Part shown: positions 1 through 9,834 of the stretch, piece by piece
Position numbering within the stretch: the first letter of the stretch is position 1
Layout: every line of letters starts with the position of its first letter
NCBI RefSeq assembly: GCF_006345805.1
Contig: NW_021836911.1
Span: forward strand, 1 to 22,178
Source of the DNA: Octopus sinensis
Lineage: Eukaryota
DNA: 22,178 nt
Direction of reading: 5' to 3'
The notes under the pieces: model-generated
What the model saw: the letters and a program-made list of their open reading frames with translations, nothing else
Told to the model about the DNA's origin: nothing
Databases searched by the model: none
Translations under genes and position numbers: made by a program

Positions 1-344
1 CCCCGCCCAAATTTGCAAATGTCAATAATATGTTTCATTTGAATCCCATCTTTTTTAATATATATTTAATGACTTTTAGATGAGGGATGAAAGCCACACC
101 ACCACTGTCCGCTCGTCCAACCCCTACCCGTCAATAACTTACTATTCAACAAACCTTACCTCATGTCTGGATAATATCTAATAGATCTCTTAAAGTTTCA
201 AATGAACACTTTTGCTTCTATTTCCTTTCTGGAGTCATGTGATCTGTAGATCTGACGATAGGTGGCATGACTTTTGCATTACAGGACATTTTATAGAAGG
301 ACTTCTATTGTTCTGAGTTAGAGGTCAGTTTCAATTAAGCCGTT

Positions 345-506
345 TATGCGTGTATATATGTATAAACGTATGTATGTGTTAGAATATATATATATATATG
401 CATACATATATTTATTTGTGTGCGTATATGTTTATATGTATCTATGCGTATATATATGTATATATATATGTGTATGTATATGTGTGTGTGTGTGTATGTA
501 TGTATG

Positions 507-572
<66 letters not shown>

Positions 573-750
573 TATATACATATACATATGTATGTATGTT
601 ATGTATGTATGTATGTATGTATGTATGTATGTATGTATGTATCATGTATGCATGTATACACACATCATACACACATAGAATGAGAGGAAACAGAGAAATA
701 TGCGTTTATATGTAAACGGATAGATAGATAGATAGATAGATAGATAGAAA
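345..750. repeat. Compound microsatellite (TA)n/(TG)n/(TATG)n followed by (TAGA)n
   Basis: Directly visible simple repeats; source of the Y/I/C/V/M-rich ORFs 344-715. Confidence 0.95.
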
Positions 751-805
751 AGCATACATATTTATATATACGAGTAGAATACATATCGTACATATATGAA
801 TGTGT

Positions 806-1235
806 ACTCCTTATTCTTTTACTCTTTTACTTGTTTCAGTCATTTGACTGTGGCCATGCTGGAGCACCACCTTTTAGTTGAGCAAATCGACACCAGGACT
901 TATTCTTTGTGAGCCTAGTACTTATTCTATTGGTCTCTTTTACCGAACCGCTAAGTTACAGGGACGTAAACACACCAGCATCGGTTGTCAAGCGATGGTG
1001 GGGAGAGGGACAAACACAAACACACAAACATACACATACACACACACACACATATATATATATATACATATACGACGGGCTTCTTTCAGTTTCCGTCTAC
1101 AAAATCTACTCACAAGGCTTTGGTCGGCCCGAGGCTATAGTAGAAGACACTTACCCAAGGGGCCACGCAGTGTGACTGAACCCGGAACCATATGGTTCGT
1201 AAGCAAGCTACTTAACACACAGCCACTCCTACGCC
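806..1235 (-). mobile_element. Full-length tRNA-derived SINE, family A (octopus-type, CORE-like middle), with 11-bp TSD
   Basis: Minus-strand head AGGCGTAGGAGTGGCTGTGTG (A-box-like) and GGTTCAGTC (B-box-like); CORE-like CCTTGGGTAAGTGTC; internal (TA)/(TG) microsatellite; tail ...GTAAAAGAGTAAAAGAATAAG. TSD TATGAATGTGT at 795-805 and 1236-1246. Homologous to 3574-3957, 6107-6920 and 16751-17390. Confidence 0.9.
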
Positions 1236-1624
1236 TATGAATGTGTGTATGAATGTTTTAGAATTGTGGTCCATTTTCAATGAGCTGAGTTTCCCATACG
1301 GTTTTGATTCTAAATCAGTATTCAGGACTTATCCTCCATTCCAATTTCACCTCCATTTCACGTCTATGACCATAGGATTCAAAGGTTCACGAGATACAAG
1401 GTTTGAACCATATCAAATTCTTTTCGTCGTCAAACCTTCCCACGTCATTCTTTTTTAGCCAGTATTAACCTCTGGAGAGAGATGTTACTGAAATAGCTTT
1501 ATTTTGTCTAAGATACAGCGATTAAAAACCTATGAGTGTTGCTCCTTTATCAGGAAATACTGATCCCTTATTTGGGACCATGTAAGATTCACAATATCCT
1601 TGACAGTTTCCAAACTGCTTGTAT

Positions 1625-1885
1625 TTTACTTATTTACTCTTTACTTGTTTCAGTTATTGAATTGCGGCTGAGCACAGTCTTTTAGAGTGAGATGTCCCAA
1701 AGGGCCCCGGTTCTTGTTTTTAAAATCTGGTACTTATTCTATCGGTCTGTCTTGTCGAACCGCCAAGTTATGGGGACGTTAACAAACCCAATACCAAATG
1801 TCAAACTGGGCGCTAACAAGCACAAAGTTATACATGCACGCACGAATACATACTAACACACTCACACACACTCGACAGGATTCCA
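1625..1885 (-). mobile_element. Diverged 3' half of a family A SINE
   Basis: TTTACTTGTTTCAGT, GGTACTTATTCTATCGGTC and GAACCGCCAAGTTATGGGGACG match the 806-1235 copy; head absent. Confidence 0.65.
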
Positions 1886-1926
1886 CACTCATTGGTGTCT
1901 GTTTTGTGTAGCTCTCTCTCCCTCCA

Positions 1927-1929
<3 letters not shown>

Positions 1930-1971
<42 letters not shown>
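1930..1971. repeat. (CT)n microsatellite
   Basis: Pure dinucleotide run. Confidence 0.95.
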
Positions 1972-1977
<6 letters not shown>

Positions 1978-2024
1978 TTTCTCACTAAGACTGGCTTTAG
2001 TTTTGTAGCTAAATAATATTTACT

Positions 2025-3345
2025 ACTTTAGGCAAAAGACCAACAATTTTGCGAATAGGGATTTAACCGATGTCATCGACCCCACTACTTAACTGGTACT
2101 TTATGTAGGTTATCAGTCACGGAAGAATAAAAGTCAAAGTTGACTTCGGCAGGATTTAAACTCAGAACGTAAAGAGTCGGAACATACCACAAAGCATCCT
2201 TTCCGAAGCTCTAACGATTCTTATTTATTTATTGCCCACAAGGGGCTAAACATAGAGGGGACAAACAAGAACAGACAAGGGGATTAAGTCGAGGAAAGTA
2301 GTTAATCTATACCATCGATTCCAGTATTTGAATGGTACTTTATATTGCTGATCCAGAAAGGCTGAAAAGCAAAGTTGACCTCAACGGGATTTGAAATCGG
2401 GATATAAAGATTATGAACAAATACTACAAAACCTTTATTTCATTTCCGACGCTCTTGTAGTTTCTCCAGCTCATCGCCTTCAGGTATCATTTAGTGATTT
2501 TGTTACAAGGCCTTCAATTTCAACTGGTACTTTATTCTTTTCTACTCTAGGCACAATGCCCGAAATTTTGGGAGAGGAAGCCAGTCGATTAGATCGACGC
2601 CAGCCCGCAACTGGTACTTAATTTATCGACCCTGGAAGGATGAAAGTCAAAGTCGACCTCGGCGGAATTTAAACTAAGAACGAAAAGACAGATGAAATAC
2701 CGCTAAACATTTCGCCCCGCGTGCTAACGGTTCTTATTTCTTTATTGCCCACGAGGGGCTAAACATAGAGAGAACAAACAAGGAGAGACAAAGGTATTAA
2801 GTCGATTATATCGACCCCAGTTCGTAACTGGTACTTAATTTATCGACCCTGAAAGGATGAAAGGCAAAGTCGACCTCGGCGGAATTTGAACTGAGGACGT
2901 AACAGCAAACGAAATACTGCTATGCATTTCGCCCGGCGTGCTAACGTTTCTGCCAGCTTGCCGCCTTAACTGGTACTTCATTTATTGACTTCGAATATAT
3001 GAAAAAGCAAATTCGGCCTGGGAAGCATTTGAACTTAGAAAGTAAAGAGCCGGAAGAAATGCTGTTGAGCATTTTGCCTGGCGCGCTAACCTTTCTACCA
3101 GTTCGCCGCTTTTCTCTGCCTTCAAAAACAGTAAGAACAATAATAACAATTGCTTCTAATTTAGACACAGATTCTGGAATTTGCGAGGAGGGCTAGCCTA
3201 TTAAGTTGACCCCAGTATTGAGCTGGTACTTTATTTTGTCGGCGTAAAAACTAAAACAAATGTACGGTAAAATTTACTGAGGTAGGATTTGAACACAGAA
3301 CAAAAACACTGGAGCACATACCAGGTGTACTTCAACGATTCTCCA
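2025..3345 (-). mobile_element. Cluster of about seven co-oriented family B SINE copies/fragments (approx. 2025-2220, 2221-2293, 2300-2479, 2538-2733, 2734-2966, 2968-3112, 3195-3345)
   Basis: Repeated block AACTGGTACTTAATTTATCGACCC..GAAAGGATGAAAGGCAAAGTCGACCTCGGCGGAATTTGAAC in varying states of decay, all on the same strand. Confidence 0.85.
2734..2966 (-). mobile_element. Full-length family B SINE (tail type 2)
   Basis: Sense head AGGCGGCAAGCTGGCAGAAACGTTAGC, B-box-like AGTTCAAATTCC, central GAGGTCGACTTTGCCTTTCATCCTTTCAGGGTCGATAAATTAAGTACCAG (from memory this resembles the Meta SINE domain; unverified), tail ...GTTTAGCCCCTCGTGGGCAATAAAGAAATAA. Confidence 0.85.
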
Positions 3346-3354
3346 GATCCAACG

Positions 3355-3489
3355 CTCGGTTCCACCCCCGGATAATTAACTCCCCCATCGAAGGACAATT
3401 ATCCCTGCGGACAACAAATGATGGTTTAAAATTTCTTAATATAATGGAGATGGAGTAATTATCCAAACGGAGTAATTATCCTGATACGG
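3355..3489. mobile_element. Possible small MITE with inverted GGATAATTA(A)CTCC subterminal motifs
   Basis: GGATAATTAACTCC (3370-3383) is inverted relative to GGAGTAATTATCC (3452-3464 and 3469-3481); near-palindromic GGACAATTATCC at 3393-3404. Termini and TSD not resolved. Confidence 0.4.
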
Positions 3490-3573
3490 TTCCTAAGACA
3501 TGAATAAGACCGCAAATTTTGCAGATGACTCGAACAAGTCCTATGTGCATGACTGGTATCTTTTATATATATA

Positions 3574-3957
3574 TTGCTTACCAACCACATGGTTTCGGGT
3601 TCAGTCCCACTGCGTGGCACCTTGGCCAAGTGTCGTCTACTATAGCCTCGGGCCGACCAAAGCCTTGTGAGTGGATTTGGTAGACGGAAACTGAAAGAAG
3701 CCCGTCGTATATATATATATATGTATCTATGTATCTATGTATGTATGTGTGTTTGTGTGTGTGTGTGTGTCCCACCCAGCATCGCTTGACAACCGATTTG
3801 GTGTGCTTACGTCCCGTTAACTTAGCGGTTCGGCAATATAGCCCGATAGAATAAGTACTAGGCTTTACAAAGAATAAGTCAATTTGCTCGACTAAGGGTG
3901 GTGCTCCAGCATGGCCGCAGTCAAAATGACTGAAACCAGTAAAAGAGTAAAAGAGTA
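3574..3957 (+). mobile_element. Family A SINE, lacking about 28 nt of the 5' head, flanked by (TA)n on both sides
   Basis: Colinear with the reverse complement of 806-1235; ends in GTAAAAGAGTAAAAGAGTA; TATATATA on each flank. Confidence 0.9.
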
Positions 3958-4249
3958 TATATATAGCCCCCCCCCCCACTACCACCACCCAAGGATTGAA
4001 AGGTAGAGCTGACATCAGGGAGATCACATGCCATATTGCAAGAGAACTAGTCTGAACACTACGAGCAATTTGGTCGGTGGTCTGTTTATCCTGCCTCCGA
4101 ACTATCTTCTATTTACATAAAAATATTAATCAACTAAGTTTTCTTCTAAGCATCTTGCAATTGTTTATACAGTATAATTGGTGCTGGATGATGCTGTTAT
4201 TATAGATGGTTTCTCTATAGTAGTTAACTACATACATACTGCCACAAAC

Positions 4250-4810
4250 AACTATACAGACGTACATGCACGTGAATATCATGCATTTATATACTCACAT
4301 ACACATGTGCATATGTATAGATATATGTCTGCCTATGCAAGTATGCATCTATATGTATTCATATATAAATGTTTGTCTGTGCAAGTATATATCCTTGTGC
4401 ATGTATAAATAAATTGATAGTTACGTATATATATATGTTGTATATATATATATTATATATATATATATAATATATACATATATAAATAGATATATATATA
4501 TACATATATATATACATATATATAGATAGATAGATGGAGAGAGAGATATGTATATTTACACACATGCTTATTTGCTTAAATATATACACACACATACACA
4601 CACACATACAGATAGATATATGCACTTCCGCGCGCACACGCACTGACACGGTGGGGATGGAGACAGACAGACAGAGATATTAATACTTACGATCATCGAC
4701 CTCTCTTACTGAACGCTTGTTTGAACTTTCCGAGGAAATTCACAAATTCTTCAAGAACCAAAGTCTGACGAGCAGTCGACCTAAACTGGAAGCACTGTGT
4801 ATAATGTGTA

Positions 4811-4849
<39 letters not shown>

Positions 4850-5002
4850 CATTACATGCATGCATAGAAACACGTATATATATATATATTATATATATAT
4901 ATATTATATGCATATATAATATATTATATATCTATATATAGACTATATATATAGATATAGATATATACACACACACACATATATTATATGGGTATAGTAT
5001 GT

Positions 5003-5042
<40 letters not shown>

Positions 5043-5193
5043 ATTATATATATCTACATACATACTTACATACTTGCATACAAACATACGTATATATATA
5101 TAATATATATATATATATGTGTGGTGTGTGTATGTGTGTTTGGTGTGTGTGTATGTATAATATATATCATTACATAGATATATACATATATAT

Positions 5194-5229
<36 letters not shown>

Positions 5230-5230
5230 G
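4250..5230. repeat. Compound (TA)/(CA)/(TG) microsatellite region with a short unique island at about 4660-4800
   Basis: Directly visible low-complexity repeats. Confidence 0.9.
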
Positions 5231-5469
5231 TATGTTTAATATACTGTATGCTGAATGGATAAATTGTGTATAGTATAATGGGTTTAATATGTAAACATGC
5301 TGAACATTTTCCAAAAGTTGAAATTGCGCGGCATGTTTACTATACAGAGTGTATTACAGTGTGTATAATTTTTAGCGTGTATAATGGTGTCGTGTAGAGT
5401 GTAAACATCAATTGGTTAGAGTTGGCTAGTAGTTATTAAGCAGAAACTATTTCTTGATTCATAACTTTT

Positions 5470-5879
5470 GATGTTGGTTGGTGTGGAAGGGATGCTGGTG
5501 TTGTTGCTGCTGGTGGTGGTGGATGTGCTATTTGCAGCAGTGGTAGTGGTAGTGGTGGTCGTCCTTTGTGGTTATGATGGCCGTAGTGGTCGTGGTGGTC
5601 GTGGTGGTCGTGATGGTGGTCATTGTTGTACTATTGGTGGTGGTGGTGGTGGTGGTGGTGATGGAGGGAGGGATGGTTGTAGTAGTAGTAGTGGTGATGA
5701 TGATGATGGTGGTGGTGGTGGTGGTGGTGGTGGTTGTGGTGTTGATAATGGTTGTGATGGTGGAGGAGCGGAGGAGGATGCGGTAGAGGTGCGATGGGGG
5801 GAAAGTGTGGTGGGGAACGAGCGGTGCGGTGGTGGTGGTGGTGGTGGTGATTCTTGTACTGGTAGCGATAGTGATGGAG

Positions 5880-5924
<45 letters not shown>

Positions 5925-6100
5925 ATGGTGGTGGTGGTGGTGGTGGTGGTGGTGGACGAAACAGATATTGGTAGAGACGGTGTCGTTGGTGGTAGTGATG
6001 GTTGCGATGGTTGTATTAGTTCTGGTCATTGCAAAGGTCGTTGTCGATGCTGGAAATTGGTGTTGATGGGAAATATGGTGAAGAATGCGGTAGAAGTAGT
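5470..6100. repeat. (GGT)n/(GAT)n/(AGT)n trinucleotide low-complexity tract
   Basis: Runs such as (AGT) at 5882-5922 and several (GGT) runs; explains the poly-G/V/H ORFs. Confidence 0.9.
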
Positions 6101-6106
6101 GATGAA

Positions 6107-6251
6107 GTTCCCGGGTTCAGTCCCACTGCGTGGCACCTTGAGCATGTGTCTTCTACTATAGCCTCGGGCCGACCAAAGCCTTGTGGGTGGATTTGGTAGA
6201 CGGAAACTGAAAAGAAGCCCGTCGTATATGTGGTATATATATATATTATAT

Positions 6252-6285
<34 letters not shown>

Positions 6286-6920
6286 CACTACCGTCAGAAA
6301 TTAATTAGCACCCTTGATTTGCTCTTCACGCAAGGTATGTGCTGTCACCTAGTGGCCATATCTCGAACTATTGCTTTGTTGCGAGTTCACTGTTGCGCAG
6401 AACGATGACGTAACTTTGTTTGCAGAGCAGTTTGAGAGTCTACATCCTTATGATGTTGACATAGCAGTGCAACAACTTGGAGTGCGGATGCAGACAAATC
6501 TTCCTTTGTTTAATAGATATAGGTAGCGCCTCGCCAAGGACCGAAATCACACCATACTAAGTTTTCTCATCGCGTAAGACGTTTGAACAGCTCATAAGGT
6601 TAATTGATTTAACCTATTTAATGTAGAAATTTGAGAAGTGCTAATTAATTTCTGACGCAAGTGTATATATATATATATATATATATTATACATATATATA
6701 TATATACATATATATGTATGTGTGTGTATATGTTTGTGTGTGTCTGTGTTTGTCCCCTCAAACATCGCTTGACAATTGATGCGGTTCGGCAAAAGATACC
6801 GACGTAATAAGTACTAGGCTTACAAAGAATAAGCTCTAGGGTGGATTTGCTCGAATAAAGGTGGTGCTCCAGCTTGGCCGCAGTCAAATGACTGAAACAT
6901 GTAAAAAAAAAGAGTAAGAA
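6107..6920 (+). mobile_element. 5'-truncated family A SINE split by a MITE inserted into its internal (TA)n
   Basis: 5' part at 6107-6240 (GGGTTCAGTCCCACTGCGTGGCACC...GAAGCCCGTCG) and 3' part at 6720-6920 (CATCGCTTGACAA...CAGTCAAATGACTGAAACA) join into one family A copy once 6286-6663 is removed. Confidence 0.85.
6286..6663. mobile_element. Tc1/mariner-superfamily MITE, 378 bp, 26-bp TIRs, TA target
   Basis: Left TIR CACTACCGTCAGAAATTAATTAGCAC (6286-6311); right TIR (6638-6663) reverse-complements to CACTTGCGTCAGAAATTAATTAGCAC (24/26 match); TA on both sides; no internal ORF. Confidence 0.9.
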
Positions 6921-7005
6921 TGGTGGAATATATTATGGATTACACTGTATCTTAACCCCTTTTCATTTGAGGGCGGTTTCACTGCTGTGTCAGGTTCATC
7001 GAGAC

Positions 7006-7570
7006 AAGTTGTTCACAGCGCCGGGGCTCATATGATTCCTGAGGGTCCATATAAGATTTTTGGGGGTCCATGCCACAAATTAGTAAATTGGGGATGCACC
7101 ATAGTATTTTGAGGGCCCCAATTTACTATTTTGTTTTAGATGTATGTATTGGTAAAAAAAAAGACTCCGCCGGTTACGACGACGAGGGTCCCAGCTGATA
7201 CGATCAACGGAACAGCTTGCTCGTGAAATTAACGTGCAAATGGCTGAGCATTCCACAGACACGTGTACCTTAAAGTAGTCTCGGGGATAATCAGCGTGAC
7301 ACAGAGAGTGACAAGGCTGACCCTTTGAAATACAAGTACAACTCATTTTTGCCAGCTGAGTGGACTGGAGCAACGTGAAATAAAGTGTCTTGCTCAAGGA
7401 CACAACGCGTCGCCGGGAATCGAACTCACAACCTTGCGATCATGAGCCGAATGCCCTAACCACTAAGCCACGCGCCCTCACAATGTATTGGTATGTATTG
7501 CAAGAAACAGCTAGGTTTCTTTCTCCTTTTACACAGTTCAACCTACACAAGTTAATGTTGAGAATCCCTG
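7006..7570. mobile_element. Probable hAT (Charlie-like) MITE interrupted by SINE C
   Basis: Right end GTTGAGAATCCCTG (7557-7570) fits a CAGGGGTTCTCAAC-type hAT TIR, followed by an 8-bp GTTTAGAC Charlie-like target. Left TIR decayed (about 8/14). Internal GGGTCCAT motifs. Confidence 0.45.
7155..7482 (-). mobile_element. Full-length tRNA-derived SINE, family C, with 11-bp TSD
   Basis: Sense head GTGAGGGCGCGTGGCTTAGTGGTTAG (A box) and AGTTCGATTCC (B box); CORE-like GTGTCCTTGAGCAAGACACTTTATTTCACGTTGCTCCAGTCCACTCAGCTG; sense 3' end is a T-run. TSD ATGTATTGGTA at 7144-7154 and 7483-7493. Confidence 0.9.
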
Positions 7571-7896
7571 GTTTAGACAAACAGATCGAATCCAGTACAT
7601 GTCTTGTTTTTTGTTTATTGTTTTTGTTATTACTTTTAAATTTGGTGCATAGACGGAAACAAACCAACACCGGTTACCAAACTGTGAGGAGGGGACAAAC
7701 ACAAACACACAGATACACATACACAAACCTATATACTCACACACGATGGTGTATGACTATATTACTATGTGGGTATGAGATCGTGCGCGTGAGTATGTGG
7801 TGCCCGTGCGTCTGGATCTGTGTGTGTCTGTGTTAGTGTCTGTAAGTGTAAGTACAAACACAAACATGGTAATATTATAGAGTAATAAAATGCAAA

Positions 7897-8188
7897 GAGC
7901 TGGCAGTCAAGTACTTGAATCGGTACAACTGACATGCCCCATCCGTCCAAAATTACTTGCTTTGTGCCCAAAGTTGAAATCAGAATTATAGATACGTGAA
8001 ATCCGTTGAGCTGGCAGAATCATTACTGCACAGGACAAAATGCTTAGCGGCTTTTCCGGTTCTTTACGTTTTGAATTCGTTTTAAATTTACATCCTTTTG
8101 GGAACGATAAAATCAGTACTAGTTGAGCACTAGGATCAGTGTCATCAATTACCCTCCCCATCAAATTGCTGGCCTTGTGCCAGAATTA
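7897..8188 (+). mobile_element. Two diverged family B SINE copies (tail type 3): about 7897-7990 (internally deleted) and 8008-8188
   Basis: Heads GAGCTGGCAG; tail AAATTGCTGGCCTTGTGCC; central GATAAAATCAGTACTAGTTGAGCAC. Confidence 0.7.
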
Positions 8189-8220
8189 GGGTGTACATAC
8201 ACACATACACACACATTTAT

Positions 8221-8335
8221 GTGAAGGCGCATGGCTCAGTGGTTAGAGCGTCGAACTTACGACCGTGAGGCTGTGAGTTCGAATCCCGGACCAGGGTGCG
8301 TGTTGTCTTCTTGAGTAAGACACTTTATTTCACGT
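8221..8335 (+). mobile_element. 5' portion of a family C SINE (tRNA-like head plus start of the CORE-like domain)
   Basis: TGGCTCAGTGG (A box), AGTTCGAATCC (B box), then TTGAGTAAGACACTTTATTTCACGT as in 7155-7482. Confidence 0.85.
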
Positions 8336-8775
8336 ATTAAAGATCTGGGTTACTTTGGATGCTAAAAACTCCATGCGGTCGAAATCTGGTTTTCTTGAAT
8401 AGTGCACAATCATCTGATTCTTTGGAGCATGATAAAAAAGCATCGCAAAAAAGTAAAAATACTGCTCCAAGCTACATCTAATCGGGAATTGTTCAGGAAA
8501 CGACAGTCTGATTGTCTAAAATCAAGAGGCTTGAGGTACATACATGTTTTTGCATTAACAAGTGTCATCAGTGAAGCAATTGTCCTCCTTTATTTTCAGT
8601 AGCCGAGATACTTAGACAAACAAGCAAGGTAGGATACATTTATCTATTCTACTCTTGTTTGTTTGCCCTGGTTCAAAGACACTAATTTCCAGTTTTAGTC
8701 CTAAACAGTAAGGCGTCATATAGTGTTATCCACATTATTCTCGATTCAACGTATGTTATTCAAAATGGCCGCTCC

Positions 8776-8828
<53 letters not shown>

Positions 8829-8859
8829 CAGCAAGTGCGCATGCCCTTTATATCAAGGG

Positions 8860-9443
8860 AAGTCATTCAAATCATGGCACAATTTGCATAACATTAATTT
8901 GCATAACACAGCCGAAATCAGTTTTGGCACAAACTTGGCAGACACGCTTCTCATACTCAAATCTTCAGAGATAATGGACTGAACTGAACCGTAACTAATC
9001 TGCACATCCTCTGATAACTCATGGATGGTGATTCGACGATTTCTCCTCACAGCTGCAGGCATATCTGCTATGTTACTTCCCAGTTCTCCTGGGTGCAGGT
9101 CTCCCAGAATGTTTGTCAATATTGACATTTTTTGGTGATCTTGGAACCATCTGAACCACTTGTACACTTCTATGCGGGTCATACACTCCTTTCTGCAACT
9201 CTGAGTAGGCCTCTGTGCAGGTATTGCCATGATAACTTTCTCTGTGATGGTCAATGTGACGTTCACACCCTACACACCTTCCTTCCAAGCACTGCTGTAA
9301 GCAGCGAAAGTGAGCTAGAACGTTAAAACTTTTGCGCACGCACAGCAGAGTTCAAGGGCAATCTTTGCCAAGCGGCTTCACTCGGCGTATTTTAGCTTCG
9401 TTACTATGACAACAGTCTGGATACTTATTCATCAGACCTTGTG
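8860..9443 (-). pseudogene. Decayed mariner transposon: 5' TIR plus frameshifted N-terminal (HTH) transposase region, 3'-truncated
   Basis: Translations EVYKWFRWFQD, HSGRP, VRRNRRITIHELSEDVQISYGSVQSIISEDLSMRSVSAKFVPKL match the mariner DNA-binding domain and the A(K/R)(W/F)VP(K/H)xL linker. Minus-strand end TA-CACAAGGTCTGATGAATAAGTATCCAGACT is mariner-TIR-like, with TA at 9444-9445. No catalytic DD34D region. Confidence 0.88.
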
Positions 9444-9455
9444 TATACATACACA

Positions 9456-9507
<52 letters not shown>

Positions 9508-9511
<4 letters not shown>

Positions 9512-9726
9512 ACCGCATGTGGATCGGTGGCTGTTTTTTTTTACTTCTGTCTTTCCGTCTTCCTTTTCTCTTAGACTTTTCTTTGTCTCCTGTTTCTAAA
9601 GAAGAGCTTTGCTCGAAATGTAAAACTAACTTTCTTCCCTTCGCTGAGTATCTGTTAATATTTTGCATGTACAACGTCCACGCGTTGCTGTTTGTTTTTC
9701 TTGTGTTTTTCTTCGTTTTGGGGGAT
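9508..9726 (+). mobile_element. Short Penelope-pLTR-like element inserted in (TA)n, carrying a minimal hammerhead fold
   Basis: (TA)n on both flanks; pyrimidine-rich leader, hammerhead motif, then CTGAGTATCTGTTAATA and CTTCGTTTT, which parallel the 15168 and 17047 elements. Confidence 0.6.
9592..9626 (+). ncRNA. Decayed minimal type I hammerhead ribozyme motif
   Basis: GTTT-CTAAAGA-A-GAGC-TTT-GCTC-GAAA-TG-TA-AAAC: stem I GUUU/AAAC, stem II GAGC/GCUC; core differs from CUGAAGA by G5A; ACGT palindrome reads ATGT (CpG-type decay). Confidence 0.55.
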
Positions 9727-9834
9727 TATATATATATACTCCTAATATAGGATGAAGTTTTTTTTTTACAGAAAAGAATTCCATCAAAAAATGTGTCAGC
9801 ATATTAAAATACCTTTACGGTTAAAATTATAAAC

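Larger units (their letters stand above)
6950..7750 (-). mobile_element. Old, diverged family A-like SINE interrupted by nested elements
   Basis: TCATTTGAGGGCGG (about 6963) resembles family A TCATTTGACTGCGG. 7572-7750 (TTTAGACAAACAGATCGAATCCAGTAC ... ACCAACACCGGTTACCAA ... GGGGACAAACACAAACACACA) continues the family A order. Confidence 0.5.

Noticed and set aside
1-120. GC-box, CACCC and octamer-like promoter motifs
   Set aside because: Short motifs at the window edge with no associated transcript evidence.
344-715. ORFs rich in Y/I/C/V/M (also 4359-5314, 10826-11944, 13214-13627, 17956-18364, 18594-20344, 21127-21312)
   Set aside because: Translations of stop-free microsatellites in several overlapping frames; no coding signal.
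878-1240. Recurrent peptides such as QGFGRPEAIVEDT and PSTYSIGL in several ORFs
   Set aside because: They recur because they are translations of SINE-A copies, not a gene family.
5468-6161. Poly-Gly/Ser, poly-Val and poly-His ORFs
   Set aside because: (GGT)/(AGT)/(GAT) repeats are open in multiple frames and strands; no splice or domain evidence.
8221-8300. tRNA gene
   Set aside because: A and B boxes are present but the acceptor stem does not close, and the sequence runs into the SINE-C body.
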